NCBI GenBank assembly: GCA_958295675.1
Contig: OY282360.1
Span: 658,026 to 722,025 of the forward strand
DNA: 64,000 bases
Source of the DNA: Minisyncoccota bacterium
GTDB taxonomy: Bacteria > Patescibacteriota > Minisyncoccia > Phycocordibacterales > JABAAK01
Direction of reading: 5' to 3'
The notes beneath the pieces were generated by a model. It was not told the origin of the DNA, made no database searches, and saw only the letters and a list, made by a program, of their open reading frames with translations. This document shows positions 28,408 through 38,387 of this stretch, piece by piece (the stretch's first letter is position 1; the number at the start of each line of letters is the position of its first letter). Position numbers and translations under genes: made by a program.

Positions 28408-30078
28408 CTATACCACACGCTTATTGAGTGCGGCGCGAATAAAACCGGTGAATACCGGATTCGGGAAAAACGGACGCGCGGTGAACTCAGGATGATACTG
28501 CGTACCGACAAAAAACGGATGTGTCTCTTCCGACAGCTCAACCGCCTCAACTAAACCGCCTCGTGAGCGCGCTGAGACATGAAGACCGTTCTCTTCAAAC
28601 TCATCAACATATGCATCGTTCACCTCATACCGATGCCGGTGCCGCTCATCAACCTTGTCAACGCCGTACAGCGAGTGCAGCAGTGTCTCTTTCACGATAT
28701 GCGCGGTATATGCCCCGAGACGCATACTCCCGCCGTACTGCCCGTCCGCGAGTTTCTCGTGCTGATCTTCCATAATAGTAATGACATCATGTCTGGTTTT
28801 TGGATCAATTTCCAAACTGTTCGCGGATCGTTTGCCGCATACATTCCGCATATACTCAACCACCATAAGCTGCATGCCATAGCAGATACCGAGAACCGGT
28901 ATGCCGTATTCACGCGCATGCCGAATAACGGCAAGTTTACCGGGAACACCGCGACTGCCGAAGCCGCCGGGTATGATAACACCGTCATAGTTCTGCAAGT
29001 CCTCCAAATGCTTTGCCGCCGTTCTGTTCTCAAACTTCTTCGCGCTGAGCCATGATATTTCCGGTCGCGTATTGCTGCATGCGCAGGAAAAACGCACCGC
29101 CTCAATAACGGAGACATAGGAATCGCTGAGCATATATGACCCTGTCTCAAAGTATTTACCGACAATAGCGATACGCACGGGATTTTTCTTATTGTTCTGA
29201 ATGTTTCTGCTAATCTGTTTCCATCGTTTCAGCACACCGGTTGTTTTGCGTTTCTGCAGGGACAGTTCCTTGATTAAAACAGAAGCAATTTTTGCCTTAT
29301 CAAAATTAATAGGCACATCATAGATACTTTTCACATCAGGAGCGGGAATAATGTTCCCTTTAGGAACATTGCATGCGCGGGCTATTTTCTCCCGGCGTTT
29401 CTGATCAATGAGACCTTCAGACCGCGCAATAACGACAGACGGATTAATACCGTATGAATTGAGCATGCGAACGGCGTTCTGTGTGGGTCGTGTCTTAACT
29501 TCACCGATACTTTTCGGAAACGGCAGGTAACTGACAAGCACGAATGTCACACTTTCCGGCATATCAAGATGCATCTGTCTTGCGGTCTCAAGAAAGAGCA
29601 GATTCTGATAATCGCCGAGTGTGCCTCCGATTTCCACAACCTGAACATCGTTATCAAGCCGCAGCGCCGAATCCTCAATACGCCGGCGAATCTCGTCAAC
29701 GACATGCGGTATCGCTTCAACACATTTCCCGTTGTACTTGAGCGATCGCTCCCGCTCTATTACCGTCTGATACACCATGCCGCTGGTGATATAATCATGA
29801 TGTGAAAGGTCACGGTTAAGAAACCGCTCGTAATTCCCCATATCCTGGTCGGTCTCCAGACCGGAACTCAGAACAAACACTTCTCCGTGTTCAGTCGGAT
29901 TCATATTGCCGGCATCAACATTGAGATACGGGTCAATTTTCATATTGTTCACCCGGTAGCCGTAATGCGTGAGAATGGTGGCGATGGAGGATGCGGAGAT
30001 ACCTTTACCAATGCCGGACATAATACCGCCGACAACAAATATATATTTGATGTTCTTTTTTTTCTTCATGCTGTGCAC
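28408..30078 (-). CDS. pyrG: CTP synthase
   Basis: IFVVGGIMSGIGKGISASS. Glutamine amidotransferase C-domain GICYGMQL. Confidence 0.95.
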   Translation of the reverse strand: MHSMKKKKNIKYIFVVGGIMSGIGKGISASSIATILTHYGYRVNNMKIDPYLNVDAGNMNPTEHGEVFVLSSGLETDQDMGNYERFLNRDLSHHDYITSGMVYQTVIERERSLKYNGKCVEAIPHVVDEIRRRIEDSALRLDNDVQVVEIGGTLGDYQNLLFLETARQMHLDMPESVTFVLVSYLPFPKSIGEVKTRPTQNAVRMLNSYGINPSVVIARSEGLIDQKRREKIARACNVPKGNIIPAPDVKSIYDVPINFDKAKIASVLIKELSLQKRKTTGVLKRWKQISRNIQNNKKNPVRIAIVGKYFETGSYMLSDSYVSVIEAVRFSCACSNTRPEISWLSAKKFENRTAAKHLEDLQNYDGVIIPGGFGSRGVPGKLAVIRHAREYGIPVLGICYGMQLMVVEYMRNVCGKRSANSLEIDPKTRHDVITIMEDQHEKLADGQYGGSMRLGAYTAHIVKETLLHSLYGVDKVDERHRHRYEVNDAYVDEFEENGLHVSARSRGGLVEAVELSEETHPFFVGTQYHPEFTARPFFPNPVFTGFIRAALNKRVV

Positions 30079-30147
30079 CTATGGACACACCACCGATACA
30101 GCAGCACATTGCGCCGCACTATAGGTGGTGTTTGTCCAAACATCAAA

Positions 30148-30849
30148 TTAATTACCCGCTGATTTTTCGACAGGCATATTAATCCCCGCAAAAACAATGG
30201 CGGTGGAAATGGCGTCATCCTCGTAGAACTGGGAATGGAACGACACAACGCCGTTGGTTGAAGCGGTTCCGTTATCAACATTCTCCGCGCCTCGCGCAGG
30301 ATCGGGCTGACCGCCTGCAAAGCCGGAGCCAATCGGCGAGTTCTCCTCGGTACCCATGTCAAGCATGGTCACCCATACCTGATCACCCTGTTCGCCCAAC
30401 TCTTCATCATGATGAAGCGGAAAACTGTCCAACCACACCACACCGTCGTTGGTCTGCACAATCATCGCCATATATGAAACAACGGCATCCTCCGGTGCTT
30501 CTGCAAAATTAATCGTCCGCTGCTCACCTGGTTCTAAAGCACCGACCTTGCGTACCTGATACACACTGGGGTTGTTCTTCATCATGGCAATAACAGCTGA
30601 CGGATCGCCGACCTCGGCAAGCGATTCGTATTCAGCTGGTGCCTGTGTATCAAGAAAACTCATCAAAAACGGATCACTGTGTACCACCGCAACACCGGGA
30701 GAAATGGCATATTCCGACTCGTTTGATAAATCAAGTGTGTGTGCCGCACTGCCCAAGACAGAAAAACCGCCCTTGTTGATCATCACATTAACCACCACAG
30801 CGACAACCACGAGCACAATTATCACTGTCCATACATGTTTTTTATTCAT
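30148..30849 (-). CDS. Membrane-anchored spondin_N-like domain protein
   Basis: N-terminal TM helix. ISPGVAVVHSDPFLMSF..MIVQTNDGVVWLD..WVTMLDMGTEENSP resembles spondin_N. Confidence 0.45.
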   Translation of the reverse strand: MNKKHVWTVIIVLVVVAVVVNVMINKGGFSVLGSAAHTLDLSNESEYAISPGVAVVHSDPFLMSFLDTQAPAEYESLAEVGDPSAVIAMMKNNPSVYQVRKVGALEPGEQRTINFAEAPEDAVVSYMAMIVQTNDGVVWLDSFPLHHDEELGEQGDQVWVTMLDMGTEENSPIGSGFAGGQPDPARGAENVDNGTASTNGVVSFHSQFYEDDAISTAIVFAGINMPVEKSAGN

Positions 30850-30933
30850 ATAGAAAAAACTGTAATGTTAATAAAATAATCCCACGCTCGAGATTACACA
30901 GATAGTATACAGCACCTCCCGTATACTGAATAC

Positions 30934-33090
30934 ATGCAGTCCACAACGCCAATAGAGATATGTTTCCCGAATCTGAAAAAACAGCAGCGGGACGGAATGA
31001 AACGGCTCGGCATATACACGGCGCGGGACTTGCTCTACCACTTCCCGAGCCGGTACGCCGATGCGGCCGAGACATTTGCCGGAGAGATGCATGCGGGTGC
31101 CACCATAACACTCATCGGCACGATTGAAAAGATAAACAAACGGCGCACCGGCGGAAAAAGACGCATCATGATTGCCGAGGCGACCATACAATCGGAGGGA
31201 AAAAAGGTGCGGGCGGTGTGGTTCCATCAACCGTACATCGCCAACCAGTATACAATCGGTGATACGGTCACACTCTCAGGAAAAATAGCAGGAACAGCGA
31301 AAAAAACATACATCACCAACCCGATTATTAAACAATCAACAGGTGGCGACACCCTGTTCGCGCAAAACGATAAAAAAAATGAGGAGAAGCAAACAGAAAC
31401 ACGCAACGAACTCATCGCTGTCTATCCGGAAACGCACGGAGTGTCGTCGCTATGGCTCTCAACGAGCATAGAAAAACTTTTAGGAAAGGAGGGTATAAAA
31501 AAAATGGAGGACCCGATACCGGAAGACATGCGGAACCACCTGAAACTGCCGGACATATATAACGCGCTCATATACATACACAAACCGCGCACGGAAAACG
31601 AGCACATCGGCGCGAAAAAACGATTTGTGTTTGAGAAAACGCTCACCATGCAGATCACCCAGCAGCGAACGAGGAATGAACGGTTGGAATCAAAAGCATA
31701 CAAACTATCCGTGAATAAAAAAGACACCGACACATTCATGAAAGAGAGGTTTGAGTTCACCCCGACACAAGATCAAAAAAAGGCGGTCAAAGAAATACTT
31801 ACCGATATACACAGCAATAAACCTATGGCACGCCTCCTGGAAGGCGATGTCGGATCGGGCAAAACAGCCGTGGCGGCAGCAGTCATGCACGGTGTCGTCA
31901 CCGCGAAAGCGGAAGAGAAAACAAGCGGCAGACCGCAAGTCGCCTATCTCGCGCCGACTGAAGTGCTTGCCAGACAGCAGTTCAACACGCTCATGAAACT
32001 CTTTAACCACCTCCCGATTAATATAGGGCTCATCAGCGGCAAAGAATGCCTCAAATACCCGTCAAAAACAAACAGTGAGGAAGCGACCGACATAAGTAAA
32101 ACACAGTTAAAAAAATGGATCGCGTCCGGAGAGATTGCCATCGTCGTCGGCACACACGCCGTCATACAGAAAGACATCAAGTTCCAGCGGCTCGCTCTCG
32201 TCATCATAGACGAACAGCACAGATTCGGCGTGGCACAGCGCCAATCACTCATAAACCTCACGGAAACGCACACACCGCATCTGCTTTCAATGACAGCGAC
32301 CCCGATACCGAGAACACTCGCGCTGACCATCTACGGCGATCTGGACATCAGCGTCATAGAAGAAGTGCCGAAAGGACGAAAAACAGTCAGCACAAAACTG
32401 GTCAATTCATACAACAAAGATGCTGTCTACAACAGCATCAGAAAAGAAACAGAAAAGGGACACCAAGCGTATGTCCTGTGTCCGCGCATTGAAGAAAGCG
32501 ACGACTCAATACTCCGATCAGTAACAAAAGAATGTGAAGAACTGAAAAAGACAGTATTCCCGGACCTCACAGTCAACATGCTCCACGGAAAAATGAAACC
32601 GAAAGAAAAAAAAGAAATAATGGAACAGTACATAAACGGAACAATTCAGGTACTGGTATGCACAACAGTGGTGGAAGTCGGCGTGAATGTGCCGAACGCG
32701 ACTATCATAGCCATACTGCACGCCGAACGCTTCGGTCTCGCCCAGCTTCATCAACTCCGCGGACGCGTCATACGCAGCAACCATCAGCCGCACTGTTACG
32801 CCATCACCGACAGTAAAAACGAACTGACGCTGGAACGCCTCAAAGAATTTGAAAAAGTACACAACGGATTCAATCTCGCCCAGAAAGACCTGGACATGCG
32901 TGGCAGCGGCGAACTTGCCGGACTGCGCCAATCAGGCGTGCCGGATCTCGTCATGGAAGGATTAAAAAACCAAAAACTTGTGGCGATAGCGCAGCAGGAA
33001 GCAAAAAAAATAGTGGACACCGACCCGGAACTCACAAACTACCCGAAACTAAAACACGCCATAGAAACCGACCAGAGTCATAATGAGTAA
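30934..33090 (+). CDS. recG: ATP-dependent DNA helicase RecG
   Basis: Wedge/OB N-terminus. LLEGDVGSGKTAVA, IIDEQHRFG, TATPIPRTL. Confidence 0.9.
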   Translation: MQSTTPIEICFPNLKKQQRDGMKRLGIYTARDLLYHFPSRYADAAETFAGEMHAGATITLIGTIEKINKRRTGGKRRIMIAEATIQSEGKKVRAVWFHQPYIANQYTIGDTVTLSGKIAGTAKKTYITNPIIKQSTGGDTLFAQNDKKNEEKQTETRNELIAVYPETHGVSSLWLSTSIEKLLGKEGIKKMEDPIPEDMRNHLKLPDIYNALIYIHKPRTENEHIGAKKRFVFEKTLTMQITQQRTRNERLESKAYKLSVNKKDTDTFMKERFEFTPTQDQKKAVKEILTDIHSNKPMARLLEGDVGSGKTAVAAAVMHGVVTAKAEEKTSGRPQVAYLAPTEVLARQQFNTLMKLFNHLPINIGLISGKECLKYPSKTNSEEATDISKTQLKKWIASGEIAIVVGTHAVIQKDIKFQRLALVIIDEQHRFGVAQRQSLINLTETHTPHLLSMTATPIPRTLALTIYGDLDISVIEEVPKGRKTVSTKLVNSYNKDAVYNSIRKETEKGHQAYVLCPRIEESDDSILRSVTKECEELKKTVFPDLTVNMLHGKMKPKEKKEIMEQYINGTIQVLVCTTVVEVGVNVPNATIIAILHAERFGLAQLHQLRGRVIRSNHQPHCYAITDSKNELTLERLKEFEKVHNGFNLAQKDLDMRGSGELAGLRQSGVPDLVMEGLKNQKLVAIAQQEAKKIVDTDPELTNYPKLKHAIETDQSHNE

Positions 33091-33164
33091 AAATACCAAA
33101 AAACTTAACAAATAAATTTGCAGGATAACCACATAAGATTAACCACTCATTCAAAAAATGCTTG

Positions 33165-33764
33165 TTATTCATTATTCATATGTTGCATGGTCATTTTTCC
33201 GAAGTTTCCTGTGCCAACGAAAAGTCCTATTGGCTCAAGGATATTAACACGGTAAACATTCTGATAGTCAATAAGTGCTTGTTTAGTTTTTGGACCAAAA
33301 TAATATGTTTCATTACCAAGTGAACCAGCTCCTGTTGTTGATACTGTAAAACCTCTGGTGTTTAAGTATTTTTGGAGACGACGCACATCTTCACCAACTG
33401 ATCCAACGCTGAGTGTTCTTGTAAATTTACTGTTAGTATTGCCAAAATATTGACTGTTCGGTTTTGGTTTCTTGTATGCCTCCCACACTTCATAGGTACC
33501 GTCTCTGTGACTTCGTATTGGCTCATATGGTTGTGGTACCCCTTTGCTTTGATGACAATGTCGTTGATTGTACGCTGTGCCACCCCAACTACCACAATTT
33601 GTTCGGCAATAATGACACCCATCACCGGCAGTTCTACCAGGATGAGCATAGACGGGTTGTATTATACTCAATACAAATATACTGAAGAATAAAAGAAATA
33701 ACACTGGGGTAATGGTAATAACTGTATCTTTAGGTATTTTATTTGTAGAGTTGGTGGTAGTCAT
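33165..33764 (-). CDS. Secreted Cys/His-rich protein with a PG_binding_1-like domain paralogous to the N-terminus of the 6265 protein
   Basis: GEDVRRLQKYLN..YYFGPKTKQALIDYQ..ILEPIGLFVGTG versus GDDVRQLQRFLN..YYGPATARAVSKFQ..ILAPIGLTSGTG. Confidence 0.6.
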   Translation of the reverse strand: MTTTNSTNKIPKDTVITITPVLFLLFFSIFVLSIIQPVYAHPGRTAGDGCHYCRTNCGSWGGTAYNQRHCHQSKGVPQPYEPIRSHRDGTYEVWEAYKKPKPNSQYFGNTNSKFTRTLSVGSVGEDVRRLQKYLNTRGFTVSTTGAGSLGNETYYFGPKTKQALIDYQNVYRVNILEPIGLFVGTGNFGKMTMQHMNNE

Positions 33765-33995
33765 ATGCGTAATGCTACTACCCTTTCAAGAAATAATACT
33801 AAAATAATCATAGTCTGTCAAATGCTCTTTTTTACTGACTAATTAGGTAGATGTAGGATAAAATGCCCGACTTATTCGGGTGTTTCTAGACCAAATACCC
33901 GATTTTTTAGCGTTTTTTCGGGTGTTTTACCTCTCAGAACAATACTTGAAAAATAGTACACATCCCTTTCTTGTTTTGGCAAATCCATACCACCA

Positions 33996-34565
33996 TTAAA
34001 CAGTCTCTAAAAAGTATTGCTTTGAATCTGCTAATGTATTTTTTTCAACTTTCGCTGGTCCTTCATCATCTTCAAAGAAGTCAATTTTTTCTATCTTCAC
34101 TCTTTTGCAATTTCCGTCATTCAAATCTGTTTCGTATTTTTTCCATGCATGATATTTATGCACTTCTTGAATAAGATCTTTTGGTGTGTAATTACTGTAA
34201 TTATTAAAGGAATAATCAATTACTTCTCTGTCAATCTCGGAAAGATAATCCTCATCCACCTTTCCTTTGATTCGTACCATATCCCATATATTGTTTCTTC
34301 TGGACACTCGCCTCCACATCTTCTTACTCATCTCCAATTCCTGTTCAGATAAATATTCATTAGCATGATCTATCAAATTCGTTGTGCTTGACGGCACAGG
34401 ACCATTTCTTAACGCAAAATACTCTTCCCGCTGCAGCAATTCACTTCCGTATTTTCTCAACTTATACACATCAGCAATAACCAGCAACTTAACAAGTTTG
34501 ATGACATCAGCCCCCTTACGACCAAATTTGTTGAGTAAGTGGGCAATTTTTTGTATATTTTCCAT
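33996..34565 (-). CDS. Panacea-domain (DUF4065, SocA/PanA-like) protein
   Basis: LVKLLVIADVYKLRKYGSELLQREEYFALRNGPVP. Confidence 0.5.
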   Translation of the reverse strand: MENIQKIAHLLNKFGRKGADVIKLVKLLVIADVYKLRKYGSELLQREEYFALRNGPVPSSTTNLIDHANEYLSEQELEMSKKMWRRVSRRNNIWDMVRIKGKVDEDYLSEIDREVIDYSFNNYSNYTPKDLIQEVHKYHAWKKYETDLNDGNCKRVKIEKIDFFEDDEGPAKVEKNTLADSKQYFLETV

Positions 34566-34930
34566 AAATTGAAAATATGCTTTCTACACACATATAGTAT
34601 ACATACGCTTTATCTTTCGGTGTTTATTTTCAAGATATTTCTAAGGCACTGAAACAATGCAAAAATCAAGTATTTTTGGTATATACTTCACCTTAAACAT
34701 TCGATATTTTGATAAATAATCATTTTTCACACATTCAATAATACCTTGTATTTATTGCGATTTGTATACTACTATGATAAATAATGAAATTAGTCGGTGA
34801 AAATAATTACAATTTTTGTTTCGTAAAAAAGCCCGAAAGAGGAAATGTCTTGTTATATACCCTATCATTCAGTTTCTCCAAATCCAGCAAAATTTTTTTC
34901 CGTCTTGGGCTTCCTCCTGAGTTATAAATC

Positions 34931-35197
34931 TTATTGCTGTATTTCTTTAAGCGTTGCTCCACACTCAAAATAATCTCCTATCACCCCAACCATTCTTTCT
35001 GCCGACACAGCATCACCGCTTATAATATACTCATCATTATTTTGTGATTCAAATACATCGTCAACGATAATACTAGCGCCCCGTTTAATCTCTTCCATAA
35101 TTAATTGCGACAGAAAATCACGCCTTTCCTGTCTAAAAGAATCAGCTACAAACACAGTCATTGAAAATTTCCTTTCTACTATCTTTTTAGTTCCCAT
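34931..35197 (-). CDS. Small hypothetical protein
   Basis: 88 aa ORF in an AT-rich island. No motifs. Confidence 0.25.
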   Translation of the reverse strand: MGTKKIVERKFSMTVFVADSFRQERRDFLSQLIMEEIKRGASIIVDDVFESQNNDEYIISGDAVSAERMVGVIGDYFECGATLKEIQQ

Positions 35198-35318
35198 ATA
35201 TCTTTGTTTAACATTATTTTACCCTGTTTTTTCAGATTTTACTGAGCACTCCCAACTAAATGCTTCCATTTTTTCCCAAACAACTACCTCTTTACATCCC
35301 GCCTTCCAATCTACCCTC

Positions 35319-37553
35319 TCAAAATTGAAAATCAGACCATTTTTTCAAGGTGATATCCTGAGCAATTTTCCAAACACCACGCTCTTTTTTCACAAAACCA
35401 CCTTTAAACTTTTTATTTTCTCCCAACCACTTTTCTAACGCCTGTGCCCGAATTTGTGCTGATTCTCCTTTTGCGGTGAAACCACCCTTAGTATCAATCA
35501 CCCAAACATCGTCCTCTGTTTTTATAAACCAATCAGGAAAGAACAACCCGCCATCATGTCTCCTTACAGAAAAATGCTCAGAACCATTATCTCCATTCTT
35601 ATACCACCACTTAACCGATTCATTATCCTCAAGATATGTTATAAAATCCATTTCGTTCTGATTGCCTTTATTTATATAGCAGGGCGATAATGCACATTTC
35701 TCACTTTCTATCTCCTCATAAATACTCGTGTAAGAAACACTGCTCAACGGTATAGAAATATCCTTTTTACTCATTTTTCTTTTATCTTTCTCCTCTTCCT
35801 CCTTTGTCCGCACAGAAACATATTTCTCTAATGCTTTATTTATCACAGGAAGAAGGATACTGTTTGCCTTCCTGCTCAGATCATTCACCACACACGGATA
35901 ATACTTATTTTTATCCTTGATGCCAACATAACTTTCAAACCATACATTGATGGCTGATTTCAACTTTCCGTAGGATCGTGCGATATTTTTAAATTTGGTC
36001 TCTTTCTCCTGTTTGTGCAGTATTTCAATACATAACTTCTTATACAATTTCTCCACATCGTTACGAGACATCTTTTCTCCGAAACTATCTGCCTCTTTAA
36101 TGTCTTGTATAAATTTATCATAATCCCGTATATCCTGATCAACTATCAAATCTACATCCACATCTTCGCCAAAATCAAAACACGACTGAAAAGGTTTTTT
36201 CTTCTCAAGCATTTTGTTCGCAACATCAATAAAGGTAAACTGAAAGGTTTTCCCAAGATCGTTGTAACTGGTTCTTTGTGAGACAAAGGTTTCTAGCGGT
36301 ATCTGATCAATACCTTCCTTAATAAATGCATGGTGTATTGCCGCTTGATTCTCCCCTTGGTAGTTATCGTAACTTTCAATAATCTCATTTTTTGTATAAG
36401 TGGTATACAAGTATGACATATTTAATTTTGACTTCGTATGATGCCTACCTTCGGGCATTCGCAAAACTCTACCTAACACCTGAACCTGAAAGACAGGATC
36501 TTTTGTTTCCCGATACATCAATAACACCTGAGCCCTCGGACAATCCCAACCAGTTGCAGGCGCTTGCTTAAAAAGCAGAACATCAACACCGTTATTGTTG
36601 ATGGTGATGTTCCCCAAATTCACTTTCTCGTTATCAAGCCAAATGGCGATAGTATTTTCATGGATACCCATATCCTTCAGCGACTTGAGAACAATATCTT
36701 TCTTTTTCTCCTCTTCCTGATTCGCACGATCGTCGTTTGGCAGTTGGATCATCAGTAATGGATTCACATCTACACCCTCTTTTGCGTACAGACCAGCAAT
36801 CTCTGCTCGCTGTTTGATTGCCAATTTGAGAACATGTTCATCCAAGTCCTTGACCGGTCTTTTTCTGTCAGTAAAATCCTCCCGCGTCTGAGACTTGATT
36901 GACTCCTTAATGAGACCGGCGCGTACAACATCTTCGTGTGAAATATTCACATCTATATTGCTTTGGTTTCTATGTGTCGCAGTGATATGCATCACTATTT
37001 TCGGATCAATCAATCGTATCTCTTCCTCGGCAAGTGAAGTACTGCTACTAGTATGCGCTTCATCAATGATGAGAATGATGGAACGATTTTCTGCCTTTGT
37101 TCTTTGAATCATGCCGTCCCATGTTATTTCCTGCTCACTCTCCCTCCTCAGTTTTCTCCCCTCCTTATTTCTCGCCTTAATCTTTGACCAGTTAAAAAAC
37201 AGTATTTCGTTTTGATTCAACACTTTCTCTCTGCTCAAACTGTCCAGTCCGGTCACTTCAACTTCAGACGCACCGCCATAGTACTCATTAAACTTATTTC
37301 TGCTCTGAGAAGCCAAATCTCCATCACTGGATCCGCCAATACTGACCCACAAAAAGGCAAAATCAACATTTAACAATTCTGGTGCATTCACAAGATCCCG
37401 CACAAACTGAGCCATCATAACGGTCTTACCGGATCCGGTCGGTGATTGAAACTTGATATCTTGCCTTGTGTCCCTGTCCCACCTGTGCAGTACATCCTTT
37501 TTCAATCTTTCTATTGCATCAATCTGAAATGGTTTTAGTATTGTGTTTTTCAT
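35319..37553 (-). CDS. res: Type III restriction enzyme Res subunit (SF2 helicase plus C-terminal PD-(D/E)xK)
   Basis: SPTGSGKT, IIDEAH, and a C-terminal ..VWVIDTKGG nuclease-like motif. Confidence 0.8.
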   Translation of the reverse strand: MKNTILKPFQIDAIERLKKDVLHRWDRDTRQDIKFQSPTGSGKTVMMAQFVRDLVNAPELLNVDFAFLWVSIGGSSDGDLASQSRNKFNEYYGGASEVEVTGLDSLSREKVLNQNEILFFNWSKIKARNKEGRKLRRESEQEITWDGMIQRTKAENRSIILIIDEAHTSSSTSLAEEEIRLIDPKIVMHITATHRNQSNIDVNISHEDVVRAGLIKESIKSQTREDFTDRKRPVKDLDEHVLKLAIKQRAEIAGLYAKEGVDVNPLLMIQLPNDDRANQEEEKKKDIVLKSLKDMGIHENTIAIWLDNEKVNLGNITINNNGVDVLLFKQAPATGWDCPRAQVLLMYRETKDPVFQVQVLGRVLRMPEGRHHTKSKLNMSYLYTTYTKNEIIESYDNYQGENQAAIHHAFIKEGIDQIPLETFVSQRTSYNDLGKTFQFTFIDVANKMLEKKKPFQSCFDFGEDVDVDLIVDQDIRDYDKFIQDIKEADSFGEKMSRNDVEKLYKKLCIEILHKQEKETKFKNIARSYGKLKSAINVWFESYVGIKDKNKYYPCVVNDLSRKANSILLPVINKALEKYVSVRTKEEEEKDKRKMSKKDISIPLSSVSYTSIYEEIESEKCALSPCYINKGNQNEMDFITYLEDNESVKWWYKNGDNGSEHFSVRRHDGGLFFPDWFIKTEDDVWVIDTKGGFTAKGESAQIRAQALEKWLGENKKFKGGFVKKERGVWKIAQDITLKKWSDFQF

Positions 37554-38386
37554 GTTTGTTCTTTACCTTTTCTCTTTTTTTCTCGTTCATACAAATTTAA
37601 CACTGTGGTGTGATTTTTTTTGTTTAAAATATTCGCTATTGCTGAATAAGTCATTTTTTTTTCATCTCTCAAAAAAACAACAATTCGAGACCTCTCATCA
37701 ACAACCTCCCTCTTCCTGCTTGGACCAAGAATAGCAGAAAGGCTAATATCTTTATTTTGTATGATTCCTTCCATCAATGAGGAGAGGCTTTCATCTGATC
37801 CACTGCCTATTAATCCAAGAGAATATGCATCATTTATATAAGTACATATATCTGACAATATTGATTGTGCCTTGCTTCTTGCTTGATTGAGATTACGAAG
37901 GTTACTATTACCTTCAAAATGTAAAATATTGTTTCTATGATTTTTCAAATCTATGCTCATTTTAATTAAAAATTCTCTTATCTTTCTAGTATTTTTATTA
38001 CTAAGATTCTCCAAATATTCTTCTATATTTTTGGTTTCTAATGATCTTCCTAGTGACCGATCATTCTTATAAAAACCGATATCTCGTAAAATTTTAAAAA
38101 CAAAACCTTCAAATGCTAAACACAGTGGAGCAATAATAAATGTATAGTCTTTCACTTCACCACGTAATGAATGATGCTTCATGAAATGTTTTTCCATAAC
38201 AAGATAATCTAGAATATACTTTCTTATTTGTGGACTTAAATACAACTTATTCCTCCTCCCTCCAAAAATCTCTTTGAATTGAATACCAGCATCACCTCTC
38301 TCTGTTTTTTTATATATATCCTGATCTATCCTGTTGTGACCGAAGCATTTTTTTATCTTTTTCTTTAAAAAATTAAATATTTTCAT
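37550..38386 (-). CDS. HEPN-like (R-N-x3-H) protein with a C-terminal DnaA domain-IV-like HTH, embedded between mod and res
   Basis: KNHRNNILHFEG (Rx4H) and C-terminal SRIVVFLRDEKKMTYSAIANILNKKNHTTVLNLYERE, similar to DnaA ..GGRDHTTVLHA. Confidence 0.45.
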   Translation of the reverse strand: MKIFNFLKKKIKKCFGHNRIDQDIYKKTERGDAGIQFKEIFGGRRNKLYLSPQIRKYILDYLVMEKHFMKHHSLRGEVKDYTFIIAPLCLAFEGFVFKILRDIGFYKNDRSLGRSLETKNIEEYLENLSNKNTRKIREFLIKMSIDLKNHRNNILHFEGNSNLRNLNQARSKAQSILSDICTYINDAYSLGLIGSGSDESLSSLMEGIIQNKDISLSAILGPSRKREVVDERSRIVVFLRDEKKMTYSAIANILNKKNHTTVLNLYEREKKRKGKEQT

Positions 38387-38387
38387 A

